Shown: one piece after another, positions 55,301 to 63,611 of the stretch | Layout: every line of letters begins with the position of its first letter | Position numbering within the stretch: the stretch's first letter is position 1 | NCBI GenBank assembly: GCA_022819825.1 | Contig: JAJEGM010000010.1 | Coordinates: 2,318 to 66,317, forward strand | Reading direction: 5' to 3' | Length of the DNA stretch: 64,000 nt | Source: Acidimicrobiia bacterium | Lineage (GTDB): Bacteria > Actinomycetota > Acidimicrobiia > Acidimicrobiales > Bin134 | The notes under the pieces: generated by a model | What the model saw: the letters and a program-made list of their open reading frames with translations, nothing else | The model's database searches: none | Told to the model about the DNA's origin: nothing | Translations under genes and position numbers: made by a program

Positions 55301-58300
55301 CCAGATCTCCGGTAAGAACCTCAGGTGTTCCCTCTGACGCTTCGGCGGCCTCCTTCAGCCGCGCATGGCATACCAACTGGTCGGGCATGGGTCCGGTGAG
55401 CCACAAGCGCTCCCATCCGAAGGGCAGATAGGCCACCCCGTCATCGCCTCCGGCCCCGCTGCGAGCCTCGGCCATGACCTGGAAGCAGCCGTCCAAGAGC
55501 AGCGGATGCACTTCGATGCCGCCTCGGTCAATGGTTTCGGGCAGCGACAATTCGCCCACCGCTTCGCCTTGGGAGGCCCACAGCGCCCGCAGGGTGCGAA
55601 ACGGCGCACCGAGCTCGACCCCTGCGCCCGTACGAGAGCGGTAGAACTCCGAGACGTCTCTGGGTTCCAACCCGGCCTTCAGTCCATCCAAGTCGACGCT
55701 TTCGGCCCCCTCAATCCGCCCGGCCTCCGAATGGGCCAGGCCCTCGGCGTGCTGCGTCCATCCGTCCTCACCAGGGCCCCGGCTGTAGATCTCAAATCGA
55801 GCGGGCGCCCTCGGATCGGCCTCGTCCAAAACGAACTGCACTTGGCGACCCTCGGGCGCCGCCCCTTCATCGGAGTCCGGCTCAGGAAAGACCATCGGGC
55901 TGAACATCTGGAGATCTTCCACCACAAAGCTGCGGCCGGTTGGGGTTGATGGCCGACCGTTTCCATTGGCAGCCAGCGCCGAGACCGCCATGGTCCCGTA
56001 CAGCGCGCCCGGTGTGATCACCTGCCCATACACCCGGTGGTCACTCAGCCACGGCGGATCGGAGGGATCCATTTCCGTCTCAAACTGAAGCTCGCCTCGG
56101 GGGGATTCGTGGCAAATGCCGAGCAATGGGTGCCCCGCGCCGGATCGACGGCGTTTTGCGGCTTCCACCCAGTGGCGTTGGCGTTGGAACGGGTAGCCCG
56201 GAAGCGATAGGCGGCGTCGGGACTCGCCTCCGTACAGGCCCTCAAAGCTGATATCGAGCCCAGACTGGTACGCCCCCAACACCGCGTCGAGGAATCCGCA
56301 GCCATCCTCGGGGGTCGGTGTTCGATCCGATGGCCGCTTCATGCTCGACACCACAGTCGGCTCGGCCACCGCGGCCTGGGCAGGCCAGGACAGAGCCGCC
56401 ATGGGGCCGAGCACCGCCCCCGGGCCGACTTCGATGACCGCGTCCACCCCCAATTCGGCCAGCGCCTGCACGCTATTGCGAAACTCCACTGGTTGGCGGG
56501 CCTGGCGACGCCAATACGCCCCGTCCATCGCTTGGCCATCGTCCAGCACTTGGCCCGTCATGCTGCTCACCACGGTGAGCGAAGGCGCGGCCACCACAAG
56601 CTCGGTGAGCAGCCCCTCAATGCGGTCCAGAATCGGTTCCACCATGGCGCTGTGGTATCCGGCGCTCTTCTCCAGTCGCCGGACCCGCACCTCTTCGGCC
56701 TCAAAACGCTGGAGCAGCGCCTCAACATCGGCGGTCGGTCCGCTCACCATCAAGTGGGCCCCGTTGTCGGCGGCAATGGCCAGCCGCGAGTCACCCGAGG
56801 CGGCGCATTGCTCCTCCACTGCGGCGGCCAGCACTGATGCCGGGGCGAACACTGCGGCCATCGCACCGGGCTCTGGCAACTCCGACATGAGCTTGCCTCG
56901 CCCAGCGGCGAAACGAAGGCCGTCCTCCAGGCTGAGCACGCCCGCGGTGTGAGCCGCCGCGATCTCCCCCAGGCTGTGCCCCACCACCGCATGGGGCCGA
57001 ACCCCCAGGCTCGACCACAGTGCGGTGAGCGCACACTCCAACGCGTATATGGCGGGCTGCGTCCACGCCGGATCGTCCAGGTCTCCGTCGGCGTCGGGCC
57101 ACCCGAACATCACCCCCAGCAGCGACGTGCCCCGCTCGTGGCGAAACACCTCCTCGCAACGATCCAAGATCGCCCGCACCACCGGCTCGCTCTGGTAGAG
57201 CGACTCCCCCATGCCCACCCACTGGCTGCCCTGCCCGGTGTAGGCAAAGGCCACCTTTGGTGCGACCGACGACCCGGCCACCTCATCACCAGATTCCACC
57301 AGCGCATCGAGCTTGTCCCGCAGCGACTCGGCGTCGGTGAACACCACACCGGCCCGATGGGAGAAATGGCTGCGGCCGATCCCGGCCGTCCAGGCAGTGT
57401 CAGCCAGCACCTCCCCCGACGGGGGACCAACATCGTCGTCCAACCATTTGAGATAGCCCTGAGCCAGTTCCTTCAGAGCCTTGTCCGACTTCGCCGACAA
57501 GGGCAGCAGCCTCGCGGAGCGCGCCATGGCGTCCGCCGGTATGGCCACTGCGTCATCCGCGGTGGCGACGGCAACAGGCCGAGGAGGACCTGTCGGCCAC
57601 CGTTCCTCGCCGGGCTGGGCTGGTTCGCAGTCGCCCACCCCATAGGCCTCCACGATGACGTGGGCGTTGGTGCCCGACCAGCCGAACCCGCTCACCCCGG
57701 CGATGGACATGCGGTCGGAATGGCGAGGCCAGGGGGTGGGCTCAGCCGTCACCTTCAGCGGCACCTGGTCCCAGTCGATCGCCGGGGTCGGATTCTCATA
57801 GTGCAGGTGCGGGGGGATCACGCCCTGCTTCATCGACAACATCACCTTGACCAGGCCGGCCACACCGGCGGCCGGCTCCAAATGGCCGACGTTGGTCTTC
57901 ACCGACCCGATGAGCAGCGGCTGATCTGCGTCGCGCTCTTGGCAGTAGGCGCCAACGGCAGCCTCCAACTCAATGGGGTCGCCCACCGGGGTCCCGGTGC
58001 CGTGCGCCTCCAGGTAGTCCACCTCAGAAGGCTGAACCCCCGACCGGGCCAACGCCTCGGTGATCACCAGTTCTTGGGCCACCCCGTTGGGCACAGTCAA
58101 CCCGGTGCTGGCGCCGTCCTGGTTCAGCGCCGATCCCCGGATCACGCCCCAGATCCGGTCGCCGTCGGCCTCGGCATCGCTCAGCCGCTTCAGCACCAGG
58201 ATGCCGCAGCCCTCGCCTCGCACATACCCGTCGGCGGCAGCGTCGAACGTCTTGCACTTCCCATCGGGGGCCAGCATCCCGGCATTGCCCCGCAATTCGA

Positions 58301-58949
58301 ACAGCCGACCCGACAGGATCACGTGTACCCCTCCGGCCAGCGCCAGGTCGGCCTCACCCCGCTGGAGCCCCGATACCGCCTGATGGACCGCGGTCAGCGA
58401 AGAGGAGCAGGCGGTGTCCACCGCCAGTGCCGGACCTTGCAGCCCCAAGGCAAAGGCCACTCGCCCGATGGCGGTGTTGAAGGAGGTGCCGCTCACCGAA
58501 TACAAGCTGACCGCCGCCTCGGACGAGGCGCTGTTGGCCAAAATCAGCGCGCGGTAGTCGTAGTTGCTGATCCCGGCATAAACACCGGTGCGGCTGCCGC
58601 GAAGTTGATCGGGGTTGATTCCCGCGTCCTCCAGGGCCTGCCAACTGGTCTCCAGCATCAACCGCTGCTGGGGATCCAGCAACTGGGCCTCAACAGGGGA
58701 AATCCGGAAGAACGAAGCGTCGAATTGGTCGATGCCGCTGATGAATCCGGCGAAGCGACATGCATCATTCTGAACGTCGGCGTCTTGGAACAACTCTCCG
58801 ATTCGCCCCACACCAGAGCCGGGAACCCCATCGCTTACCGCGTTCTCGCCCGCTTCCAGCAAACGCCAGAACTCCGACAAGTTGCCAGCACCGGGAAACC
58901 GGCAGGCCATCCCGACAACCGCGATCGATTCCCCTGCACGAGAAGTCAT
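49356..58949 (-). CDS. type I polyketide synthase, KS-AT-DH-cMT-(psiKR)-ER-KR-ACP-KS with AT-less C-terminal linker
   Basis: 3197 aa. Approximate domain coordinates and defining motifs:
- KS1 57645-58931: DTACSSS, EAHGTGT, KTNVGH
- AT 56370-57254: GQGSQW, GHSLGE
- DH 55230-56132: HRVYGQVITPGALY, LLDGCFQ
- cMT 54030-54752: LEVGAGTGS
- ER 52359-53237: HAGTGGVG
- KR 51780-52322: TGGLGGIG
- ACP 51270-51512: LGMDSL
- KS2 49935-51194: DLACASS, EAHGAGT, KTNIGH
- KS-AT and post-AT linker remnants 49380-49829. Confidence 0.93.
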   Translation of the reverse strand: MTSRAGESIAVVGMACRFPGAGNLSEFWRLLEAGENAVSDGVPGSGVGRIGELFQDADVQNDACRFAGFISGIDQFDASFFRISPVEAQLLDPQQRLMLETSWQALEDAGINPDQLRGSRTGVYAGISNYDYRALILANSASSEAAVSLYSVSGTSFNTAIGRVAFALGLQGPALAVDTACSSSLTAVHQAVSGLQRGEADLALAGGVHVILSGRLFELRGNAGMLAPDGKCKTFDAAADGYVRGEGCGILVLKRLSDAEADGDRIWGVIRGSALNQDGASTGLTVPNGVAQELVITEALARSGVQPSEVDYLEAHGTGTPVGDPIELEAAVGAYCQERDADQPLLIGSVKTNVGHLEPAAGVAGLVKVMLSMKQGVIPPHLHYENPTPAIDWDQVPLKVTAEPTPWPRHSDRMSIAGVSGFGWSGTNAHVIVEAYGVGDCEPAQPGEERWPTGPPRPVAVATADDAVAIPADAMARSARLLPLSAKSDKALKELAQGYLKWLDDDVGPPSGEVLADTAWTAGIGRSHFSHRAGVVFTDAESLRDKLDALVESGDEVAGSSVAPKVAFAYTGQGSQWVGMGESLYQSEPVVRAILDRCEEVFRHERGTSLLGVMFGWPDADGDLDDPAWTQPAIYALECALTALWSSLGVRPHAVVGHSLGEIAAAHTAGVLSLEDGLRFAAGRGKLMSELPEPGAMAAVFAPASVLAAAVEEQCAASGDSRLAIAADNGAHLMVSGPTADVEALLQRFEAEEVRVRRLEKSAGYHSAMVEPILDRIEGLLTELVVAAPSLTVVSSMTGQVLDDGQAMDGAYWRRQARQPVEFRNSVQALAELGVDAVIEVGPGAVLGPMAALSWPAQAAVAEPTVVSSMKRPSDRTPTPEDGCGFLDAVLGAYQSGLDISFEGLYGGESRRRLSLPGYPFQRQRHWVEAAKRRRSGAGHPLLGICHESPRGELQFETEMDPSDPPWLSDHRVYGQVITPGALYGTMAVSALAANGNGRPSTPTGRSFVVEDLQMFSPMVFPEPDSDEGAAPEGRQVQFVLDEADPRAPARFEIYSRGPGEDGWTQHAEGLAHSEAGRIEGAESVDLDGLKAGLEPRDVSEFYRSRTGAGVELGAPFRTLRALWASQGEAVGELSLPETIDRGGIEVHPLLLDGCFQVMAEARSGAGGDDGVAYLPFGWERLWLTGPMPDQLVCHARLKEAAEASEGTPEVLTGDLVFYDQSGTVLGGLSGYTVKRATRAALLSAAGSLDDLLYEIVWRDSPLAPGILPADFLPQPSAIAAGSEPFTQYLAAEGVEAESRVGFLADLERLAWSYARLALDRLGWVRTAGDTVVPEELREQLGVAPEHGRLFRRMLEMMAKAGALEEVGDEFTVRAGSDDPLPEVLAGDPAARADWMEGQYPHGTMEIGLFRRCAGALAEVVVGNADPLTLLFGSGEPSAADLYVKAPMAQASNRMLGDAVAALLAELPEGRRLRVLEVGAGTGSATASVLPELPAGRFDYTYTDISAGFFAEAERRFGGAEESIDYRVLDIEVEPVEQGFDRHGYDLVIASNVLHATRFLDETLGNCRRLLAPSGHLVALETLRGLGWLDLSFGPLDGWWRFSDHYRPHHALTSPDVWLQALEDSGFPAAEVLGVDPPDTGRQPDRGVIVAQGPAEVSEQPGVWILASDSDDSAENLAQELAARNQTVALVSYGAPINDQPLLDEPGVVRVSLAMNQRESWQSFFESLSPDASLRGVVHLVSLDGRGSRAATEQFAEDAAKAGKSALALLQGMGDADAAPTNGVWLVTQGAQVLEHEPAEGIAGAMLWGLGKVVGREAPHLNPRMIDLDPGGVVPLSDLANELFYPDAETHIAYRQGLRQAARLDRAGVGSGRPNLPDPAGEVSWLLAADSGGALEGVKPEPHPPVQLGERDVRVAVEAAGLNFLDMFRSLGVIGAGLLGEEFCGRVVEVGADVSTVSVGDRVAGLGFGTLGSGVVTTEELVALAPSGISPAALATLPTVFVTSALSFDLAELKAGERVLIHAGTGGVGLTAVQLAQAAGAEVFATTSAPKQGYLRSLGVEHVFDSRQTDFAEEILEATGGEGVHVVLNSLTGPGFIDASLSCLAQNGRFVELARVDILSQEEMATTRPDVGYWILELDVLKEQNPAVPGDALRRVVARVAAGELEPLVHTRWSLAEAGSAMKYMQSARHIGKLVLAGSPLETGRLRDDRTYLVTGGLGGIGCAVAGWLAGRGAGAIVLNGRRPPDPEAEEAISELRRQGVAVEVELADVTDPSAIDQMLARIDADLPPLGGVIHSVGVLSDGALTNQTWEKFEEVLWPKMLGAWHLHRATEDRDLDLFVLFSSVAGVLGNSGQSNHAAANAFLDQLAAHRRSLGLPGQSIAWGAWSGLGEAEEHRERIAGQLEAAGTGWLTPEQGLKAFDHLVRQDVTMGMVAAVDWQVVSEGPDAQSLFLEDLLSADASGESQESSVDLLDDLRNAAAAEREEKLISHLQRELQAVMRLPDLPNESAVFADLGMDSLMVVELRNRLNRAFAGEYTVSNTAIFDYPDVTGLARHLSQEFGQAGEMAEPQEAVEVSRLRVVQSDDEGIAIVGMACRFPGAEDLSAFWHLLEAGENTVTDGRQDGGSWDGVLGDPAADEAIYRRGSFIEGLDAFDPQFFRVAPREAWSIDPLQRLLLETSWQAVEDAAIDPERLKGSRSGLYIGLGVSEYRGVIQRSGRAGGHLNTAGSVTVGKVAFSLGMEGPAVPLDLACASSLFAVHQAVEGLRRGETDIALVGGVNVILSTAVTNALVEADMLSSQGQCKSFDASADGYVRGEGCGVVVLKRLGDAEADGDRIWGVVRGSAVSQTGAGLAVTVPSGRAQERVMVEALARAGISADEVDYVEAHGAGTAMGDAVEASAIAAVYGQGREEDHPVWIGSVKTNIGHLEGAAGMASLIKVVLGMRHGTLPRHLHFSEPSPEIDWARMPLRVATEPIEWPGDRGRQSLAAVNSFGISGANSHIVVEGYQPTADESDGLRRPWQPVGSPQAAAAGESPLDGGSEPPTRRLLPLSAKTPAALRELAQRYLSWLDEHAEELSAAGAATDPLLSDLAWTASMGRSHFSHRAGLVFSDAKSLRQQLSALHEVGEQRVQSGVTAPESGHDPLAVIAAEYADGQAIQFESLFQGEARRRISLPDYPFQRQRFWVEAPPQSRGSEDD

Positions 58950-58968
58950 GCTCTCTCCTACGCCGAGG

Positions 58969-60696
58969 CTAACCCGTGCCTTTGACCTGAACCGTCACCA
59001 CATCCAGGCCGTGGTATTTCTGATGGTGGACCGTTGAGGCGTAGTGCCGCAACAGGCGAAGCGAGATCTCGCCTTCCTCAATCCCCTCGGATTCCTCGCT
59101 CAAATACGCCAGCCGGTCTTCGAGGTTCTCCTCATCGAACACGGCCAGAAACTCCATCTCCACTGAACCGGCATCAGGCCGGGCCTGGATAATCAAACGA
59201 GGGCTTTCGTCGCTGGTTTGGTGCTCCTCCATCCGCAGAAGGCTCATCAGCGTTTCCTCGCCAGCCGAGCGCAGCCGCAGGCTGGAAGCCTCGCTCCAAC
59301 CAATCTGATCAGCTACTCCCTGGAGGAATTCGTCGATCTTCCCCAGCGAGGAGAAGTCGAGCTCAACGGCCAGCCGGCTGGGCCGGTACGGGCTGGTCAA
59401 ATCCAAGAACACGGTCAGCACAACGGAGACAACCGCCCCCACCATCACGCCGTTGTCCAAGAGCGCCCCCCATGTGGTGCCCAGCAAGTCGGCGAATATG
59501 GTCTGGTTCTCCAGCCCGACCCCCAGCGAGAACGCCACCCCCACCACCATCGCCTTCTGGGCGTCGAGTCCGTCGCGCATCACCGTTTGGATGCCCCCCA
59601 CGAACAGGAGCCCGATCGCCGAAAGAACGTAGGCCCCCATCACCGGGCTCGGGATCACCGTCAATACGGCGGTCAGCTTGGGAAAGAATGCCAGCAGGGC
59701 GAACAGCGCCCCGGCGGCGAACCCCACGCTGCGGGCGGCCACCCCGGTCAGGGTGGTCAGCTGCACGCTCTTGGACGAATAGACGGTGGTGGGCGGGGTC
59801 CCGGCCAGGCCGGAAAAGAAGATGCCCAGTCCGTTGGTGTTGAGCGAGCCCTGCACCAGCCGGAAGTCGGTCACCCGCGGCCGGCGCCACGAAGCCTGCT
59901 GGATGGCGACGCTGTCGCTGATGTTCTTGATGCCGCCCACCAGCGTCACCACCACGAACACCGGCAGCAGCGCCCAGAATCCGGCGCCGGGAGTCAGGTC
60001 GAATCCCGGGGCACCGCTGTTGGGCACGCCGAACCAGGGGTCTTCGATAACGCGCTCGAAGTCGAACGCCCCAAAGAACGCTGCGGCCACACAGCCCGCT
60101 CCCATGCCGATGATGGGCGACCAGAGCCGCCAGGCCCCGGTGACCTTCAACGCCAGAACCACCGTTGCGATCAGCGTGACCAGCGCGATGAGCGGGCCGG
60201 CGGCATCTGAGGTGCCCTCGGGCACCTCCGGAACCCGGTCGAGGGCGATGGGCAAGACGGTGGCGGCGATGAGCATGAGCACGGTGCCGGAGACCACCGG
60301 GGTGATGATCCGGCGCAGCAGGGGCAGCCAGAAAGACAACAGGAGATAGAACAGCGAGGAGACCACCACGAGGCTGGCCAGCAGGCTCGGCCCTCCCTCA
60401 TTCAACGCCAGCACTGAGATGGCCACGAAGTTGGTGGTGACGCCCATGAGCAGCACATGGCCGGCGCCGAATCTTCCGATCCGAGTGGCCTGCAAGGCGG
60501 TGAGGGTCCCGGAGATGATCAACGCGGCGAACACCGCCCACGACAGATAGGAGTCTCCCTGGCCTCCCGCCCGTGCGGTGATGGCCACGATCAGCACAAT
60601 CCCCAGCATGTTGGCCATCACGCCCTGGGCACCCACGGCAATAGCCACCAAAGGGGGGCAGGGATCGTCGGGCTCGTAGCGGATGGCCTCGTTCAT
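58969..60696 (-). CDS. NCS2 (nucleobase:cation symporter-2/UraA-fold) family permease with extra ~140-aa C-terminal cytoplasmic domain, paralog 1
   Basis: 575 aa. The membrane core follows my remembered E. coli UraA sequence segment by segment (e.g. LNTNGLGIFFSGLAGTPPTTVYS...IPSPVMGAYVL). The C-terminal domain (58969-59391) is not part of canonical NCS2. Confidence 0.72.
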   Translation of the reverse strand: MNEAIRYEPDDPCPPLVAIAVGAQGVMANMLGIVLIVAITARAGGQGDSYLSWAVFAALIISGTLTALQATRIGRFGAGHVLLMGVTTNFVAISVLALNEGGPSLLASLVVVSSLFYLLLSFWLPLLRRIITPVVSGTVLMLIAATVLPIALDRVPEVPEGTSDAAGPLIALVTLIATVVLALKVTGAWRLWSPIIGMGAGCVAAAFFGAFDFERVIEDPWFGVPNSGAPGFDLTPGAGFWALLPVFVVVTLVGGIKNISDSVAIQQASWRRPRVTDFRLVQGSLNTNGLGIFFSGLAGTPPTTVYSSKSVQLTTLTGVAARSVGFAAGALFALLAFFPKLTAVLTVIPSPVMGAYVLSAIGLLFVGGIQTVMRDGLDAQKAMVVGVAFSLGVGLENQTIFADLLGTTWGALLDNGVMVGAVVSVVLTVFLDLTSPYRPSRLAVELDFSSLGKIDEFLQGVADQIGWSEASSLRLRSAGEETLMSLLRMEEHQTSDESPRLIIQARPDAGSVEMEFLAVFDEENLEDRLAYLSEESEGIEEGEISLRLLRHYASTVHHQKYHGLDVVTVQVKGTG

Positions 60697-60709
60697 GATT
60701 CTGATTGCG

Positions 60710-62476
60710 CTACCGCGAGCCTCGGACCTGCACGGTCACGATGTCCAGCCCGTGGTACTTCTGGTGATGGACCGACGAGGAGTAGTGGCGAAGCAGGCGA
60801 AGCGACTCATCCCCCTCCTGCAAGCCCTCGGCCTCTTCGGACAGGTATGCCAACCGGTCCTCGAGGTTCTCCTCGTCGAACACGGCGAGAAACTCCATCT
60901 CCACAATTGCAGCCTCGGGGCGGGCCTGGATGATCAACCGGGCGGCCTCCTCGGCATCCGCCTCGGGCTGCATCAGGCTGGTCAGCAGCTCTTCGCCAGC
61001 CTCATCGCGCCGCACCAGGCTCAGCAAGGCCTCCTCTCCGGCGGAGCGCAGCCGCTGGGCAGAAGCCTCGTCCCAGCCGCTCCTAGCCGCCAGTTCTTGC
61101 AGGAACCGATCGATCTCAGGAAGCGACGAGACGCTCAGGTCCACTTCCAAGCGGCTGCGCCGCTGCGGGCTGGTCAGGTCCAAGAACACGACCATCGCCA
61201 ACGCGGCCAATGCCCCCATCAGCATGCCGTTGTCGAGCAGCAGACCCCATTTGTGGCCCAGGAGGTCGGTGAAAATGGTCTGGTTGTCGAGTCCCATGCC
61301 CAGCGCGAACGCAACCCCCACCACCAGCGCCTTCTGCCCGTCGAGGCCGTCCTGCACAACCGTGCGGATGCCGCTCACAAAAAGCAGGGCAATGGCCACC
61401 AGTAGATAGGCGGCCACCACCGGGCTGGGAAGGGTGAGCAGGAACGCGGTCAGTTTGGGCAGAAAGGCCAGAGCAAGCAGAGTGCCGCCGATGACATAGC
61501 CGATGCGGCGAGCCCCCACCCCGGTGAAGCTGATGAGCGACACGCTCGTGCCCGAGTAGACGGAGGTGGGCGGAATGCCGAAGATGCCGGCCGACAAGAT
61601 ACCCAGTCCATTGGTGTTGAGTGAGCCCTGGACCAACCGGAAATCGGGAGCTTGGGGGCGAAGCGAGGAGGCCTGCTGTATGGCTACGCTGTCGCTCACG
61701 TTCTTGACCCCACCCGCCAGTGTTACCACCACGAACGCGGGCAGAAGCGACCAGAAACCTGCCCCCGGGGTCAGATCGAATCCGGGGAAGCCGCCAGAGT
61801 CGGGGATGCCCACCCAGGCCGCACCGCCAACCGGGCTGACCTCGTAGGCGCCGAACAACACAGCCACCACGCTCCCGAAGACGATCCCAATGAGCGGTGA
61901 CCACAATCGCCATGCTCCCGATGCCCGCATGTGTAAAAGGATGAACACCGCCAGCGTCACTAAGGCAATGGTCGGTCCCGCGGCCTCGGGCGCGTCGGCA
62001 GGCACCTCTTCCACCCGGTCGAGTGCCACCGGCAAGACGGTGCCGGCGATCAGCAGGAGGACCGTGCCGGTGACCACCGGAGTGACTACCCGGCGCATGA
62101 ACGGCAGCCAGAAAGCCAGCACCAGGTAGAACAACGAGGCCACCACGGTGAGGCTGGCCAACAGCTTCGGGCCGCCCTCGGCCAGGGCCAACACCGAGAT
62201 GGCGATGAAGTTCGGGGTAGGGCCCATGATCAAGATGTGCCCGGCACCAAACCGCCGAAAACGGCTGGCCTGCACCGCAGTCAGCACCCCGGCGATAATC
62301 ATGGCGGCGAACAGCGACCACGAGAAATAACCGGCGGCTTGGCCCCCCGCCCGGGCGGTGACGACCACGATCGACACGATCGGCGCCAACGCCAGCACCA
62401 CGCCCTGAAGACCAGCGACAGCAGCAACGCCCGCCGGGCAGTGGTCGTTGGCCTCGTATCGAATGGCGTCGCTCAC
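60710..62476 (-). CDS. NCS2-fold permease with C-terminal cytoplasmic domain, paralog 2
   Basis: 588 aa, visibly similar to paralog 1 over most of its length, with long identical runs such as VEMEFLAVFDEENLEDRLAYLSEE. The gap to paralog 1 is 13 nt. Confidence 0.72.
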   Translation of the reverse strand: MSDAIRYEANDHCPAGVAAVAGLQGVVLALAPIVSIVVVTARAGGQAAGYFSWSLFAAMIIAGVLTAVQASRFRRFGAGHILIMGPTPNFIAISVLALAEGGPKLLASLTVVASLFYLVLAFWLPFMRRVVTPVVTGTVLLLIAGTVLPVALDRVEEVPADAPEAAGPTIALVTLAVFILLHMRASGAWRLWSPLIGIVFGSVVAVLFGAYEVSPVGGAAWVGIPDSGGFPGFDLTPGAGFWSLLPAFVVVTLAGGVKNVSDSVAIQQASSLRPQAPDFRLVQGSLNTNGLGILSAGIFGIPPTSVYSGTSVSLISFTGVGARRIGYVIGGTLLALAFLPKLTAFLLTLPSPVVAAYLLVAIALLFVSGIRTVVQDGLDGQKALVVGVAFALGMGLDNQTIFTDLLGHKWGLLLDNGMLMGALAALAMVVFLDLTSPQRRSRLEVDLSVSSLPEIDRFLQELAARSGWDEASAQRLRSAGEEALLSLVRRDEAGEELLTSLMQPEADAEEAARLIIQARPEAAIVEMEFLAVFDEENLEDRLAYLSEEAEGLQEGDESLRLLRHYSSSVHHQKYHGLDIVTVQVRGSR

Positions 62477-62543
62477 AACCGGCCCGCCCCGAAGGCTCCG
62501 CGGATTCGCACCACCAAAAACTAACGCGGAATGCCGAGTGGGA

Positions 62544-63611
62544 TTAGAGCTTGGCCTCGCGGGGGTCCCAGAGAGCTCGGAGGGATTCTCCGATGCGGTT
62601 CAGCGATAGCACGGTGAGGAACATCATCACTCCGGGTACGAACACGATGTGGGGCGCTTTTTCCAGCAGATTCGGATCGCGGCCCTCCTGGATCATGTTG
62701 CCCCAAGTGGGCGTGCTGATGGGATCGATGCCCACGCCCAAGAAGGCCAATGAGGTCTCAGCCACGATCACCACGGCCACGACGATAAAGGCGTAAGAGG
62801 CCAACGGCAGAGCCACGTTGGGCATGATCTCCCGGAACAGAATGCGGCTGTTGGACGCGCCCATTGCCTTGGCTGCGGTAACGAATTCCCGAGCCGCGAA
62901 CGTCAGTGTGTTGGCGCGCGACAGTCGTCCCATGGTGGGAATGCTCAACACCGATAGCGCGAGCGTGATCACCAGCACGCTGCCTCCGAAGATGGCCACG
63001 ATGGAAAACAGCAAGATCAGGGCGGGGAAAGCCAAAACGGCGTCGGTAATGATGTTGAAGGTTCCCTCGGTTGCCCCCCGAAAAAAGCCGGCAGCCATAC
63101 CGATAACCGACCCCACCGCCAGGCCGATGCCCACGGCGCCCAGGCCCACGATCAGAGAGATTCGCGCCCCCCGAATGCTCTGGTTCATAACGCTCTTGCC
63201 CAGCCGATCAGTGCCCAAGGGCTCGTCGGTGGTGAACGACGGGGGCCGCTCCCGGTCTTGGAAGTTGGCTTCCAAGCTGTCGAACATCCCACCCAGCTGC
63301 AAGAACACAAACAGCACCAGGATGAACAGCCAAACCATCGATATCCATACCGTCGCATCGACCCGAGAGCCGAATGCTGCTCGGATTAGCTGTCCTACCC
63401 CGGTGAGAATGCCGTATATCCCGCCCAGGGCGAGGATCACCTGAAGCCAGGCAACGCTGTCGTAGGTAACCAAGAGCTGTATCAGCAGCAAGGCCAACCC
63501 GATGATCAGTCGGGCGCTTCCTTCTCGAGCGAGGCGGGCGCGGCGACCTAGTTCGGGATCCACCACATCCTTGGCCTCAGGCTCGGTGACGACGCCAGTG
63601 ATGTCAGCCAC
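62544..63611 (-). CDS. ABC transporter permease, DppC/OppC-like, second copy
   Basis: Paralog of 43232..44293, with similar EAA-loop (SRANTLTFAAREFVTAAKAMG) and C-terminus. I moved the start to GTG 63611, which gives the same 8-nt overlap geometry as the first operon. Confidence 0.83.
   Translation of the reverse strand: MADITGVVTEPEAKDVVDPELGRRARLAREGSARLIIGLALLLIQLLVTYDSVAWLQVILALGGIYGILTGVGQLIRAAFGSRVDATVWISMVWLFILVLFVFLQLGGMFDSLEANFQDRERPPSFTTDEPLGTDRLGKSVMNQSIRGARISLIVGLGAVGIGLAVGSVIGMAAGFFRGATEGTFNIITDAVLAFPALILLFSIVAIFGGSVLVITLALSVLSIPTMGRLSRANTLTFAAREFVTAAKAMGASNSRILFREIMPNVALPLASYAFIVVAVVIVAETSLAFLGVGIDPISTPTWGNMIQEGRDPNLLEKAPHIVFVPGVMMFLTVLSLNRIGESLRALWDPREAKL

Noticed and set aside
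56949-58985. A 678-aa plus-strand ORF, with many other 100-400-aa ORFs antisense to the PKS (e.g. 51328..52317, 55365..55949, 54505..55191).
   Set aside because: All are antisense or out of frame to a gene with unambiguous KS/AT/DH/MT/ER/KR motifs. Their composition is dominated by R, P, G, A and H, as expected for off-frame GC-rich sequence.
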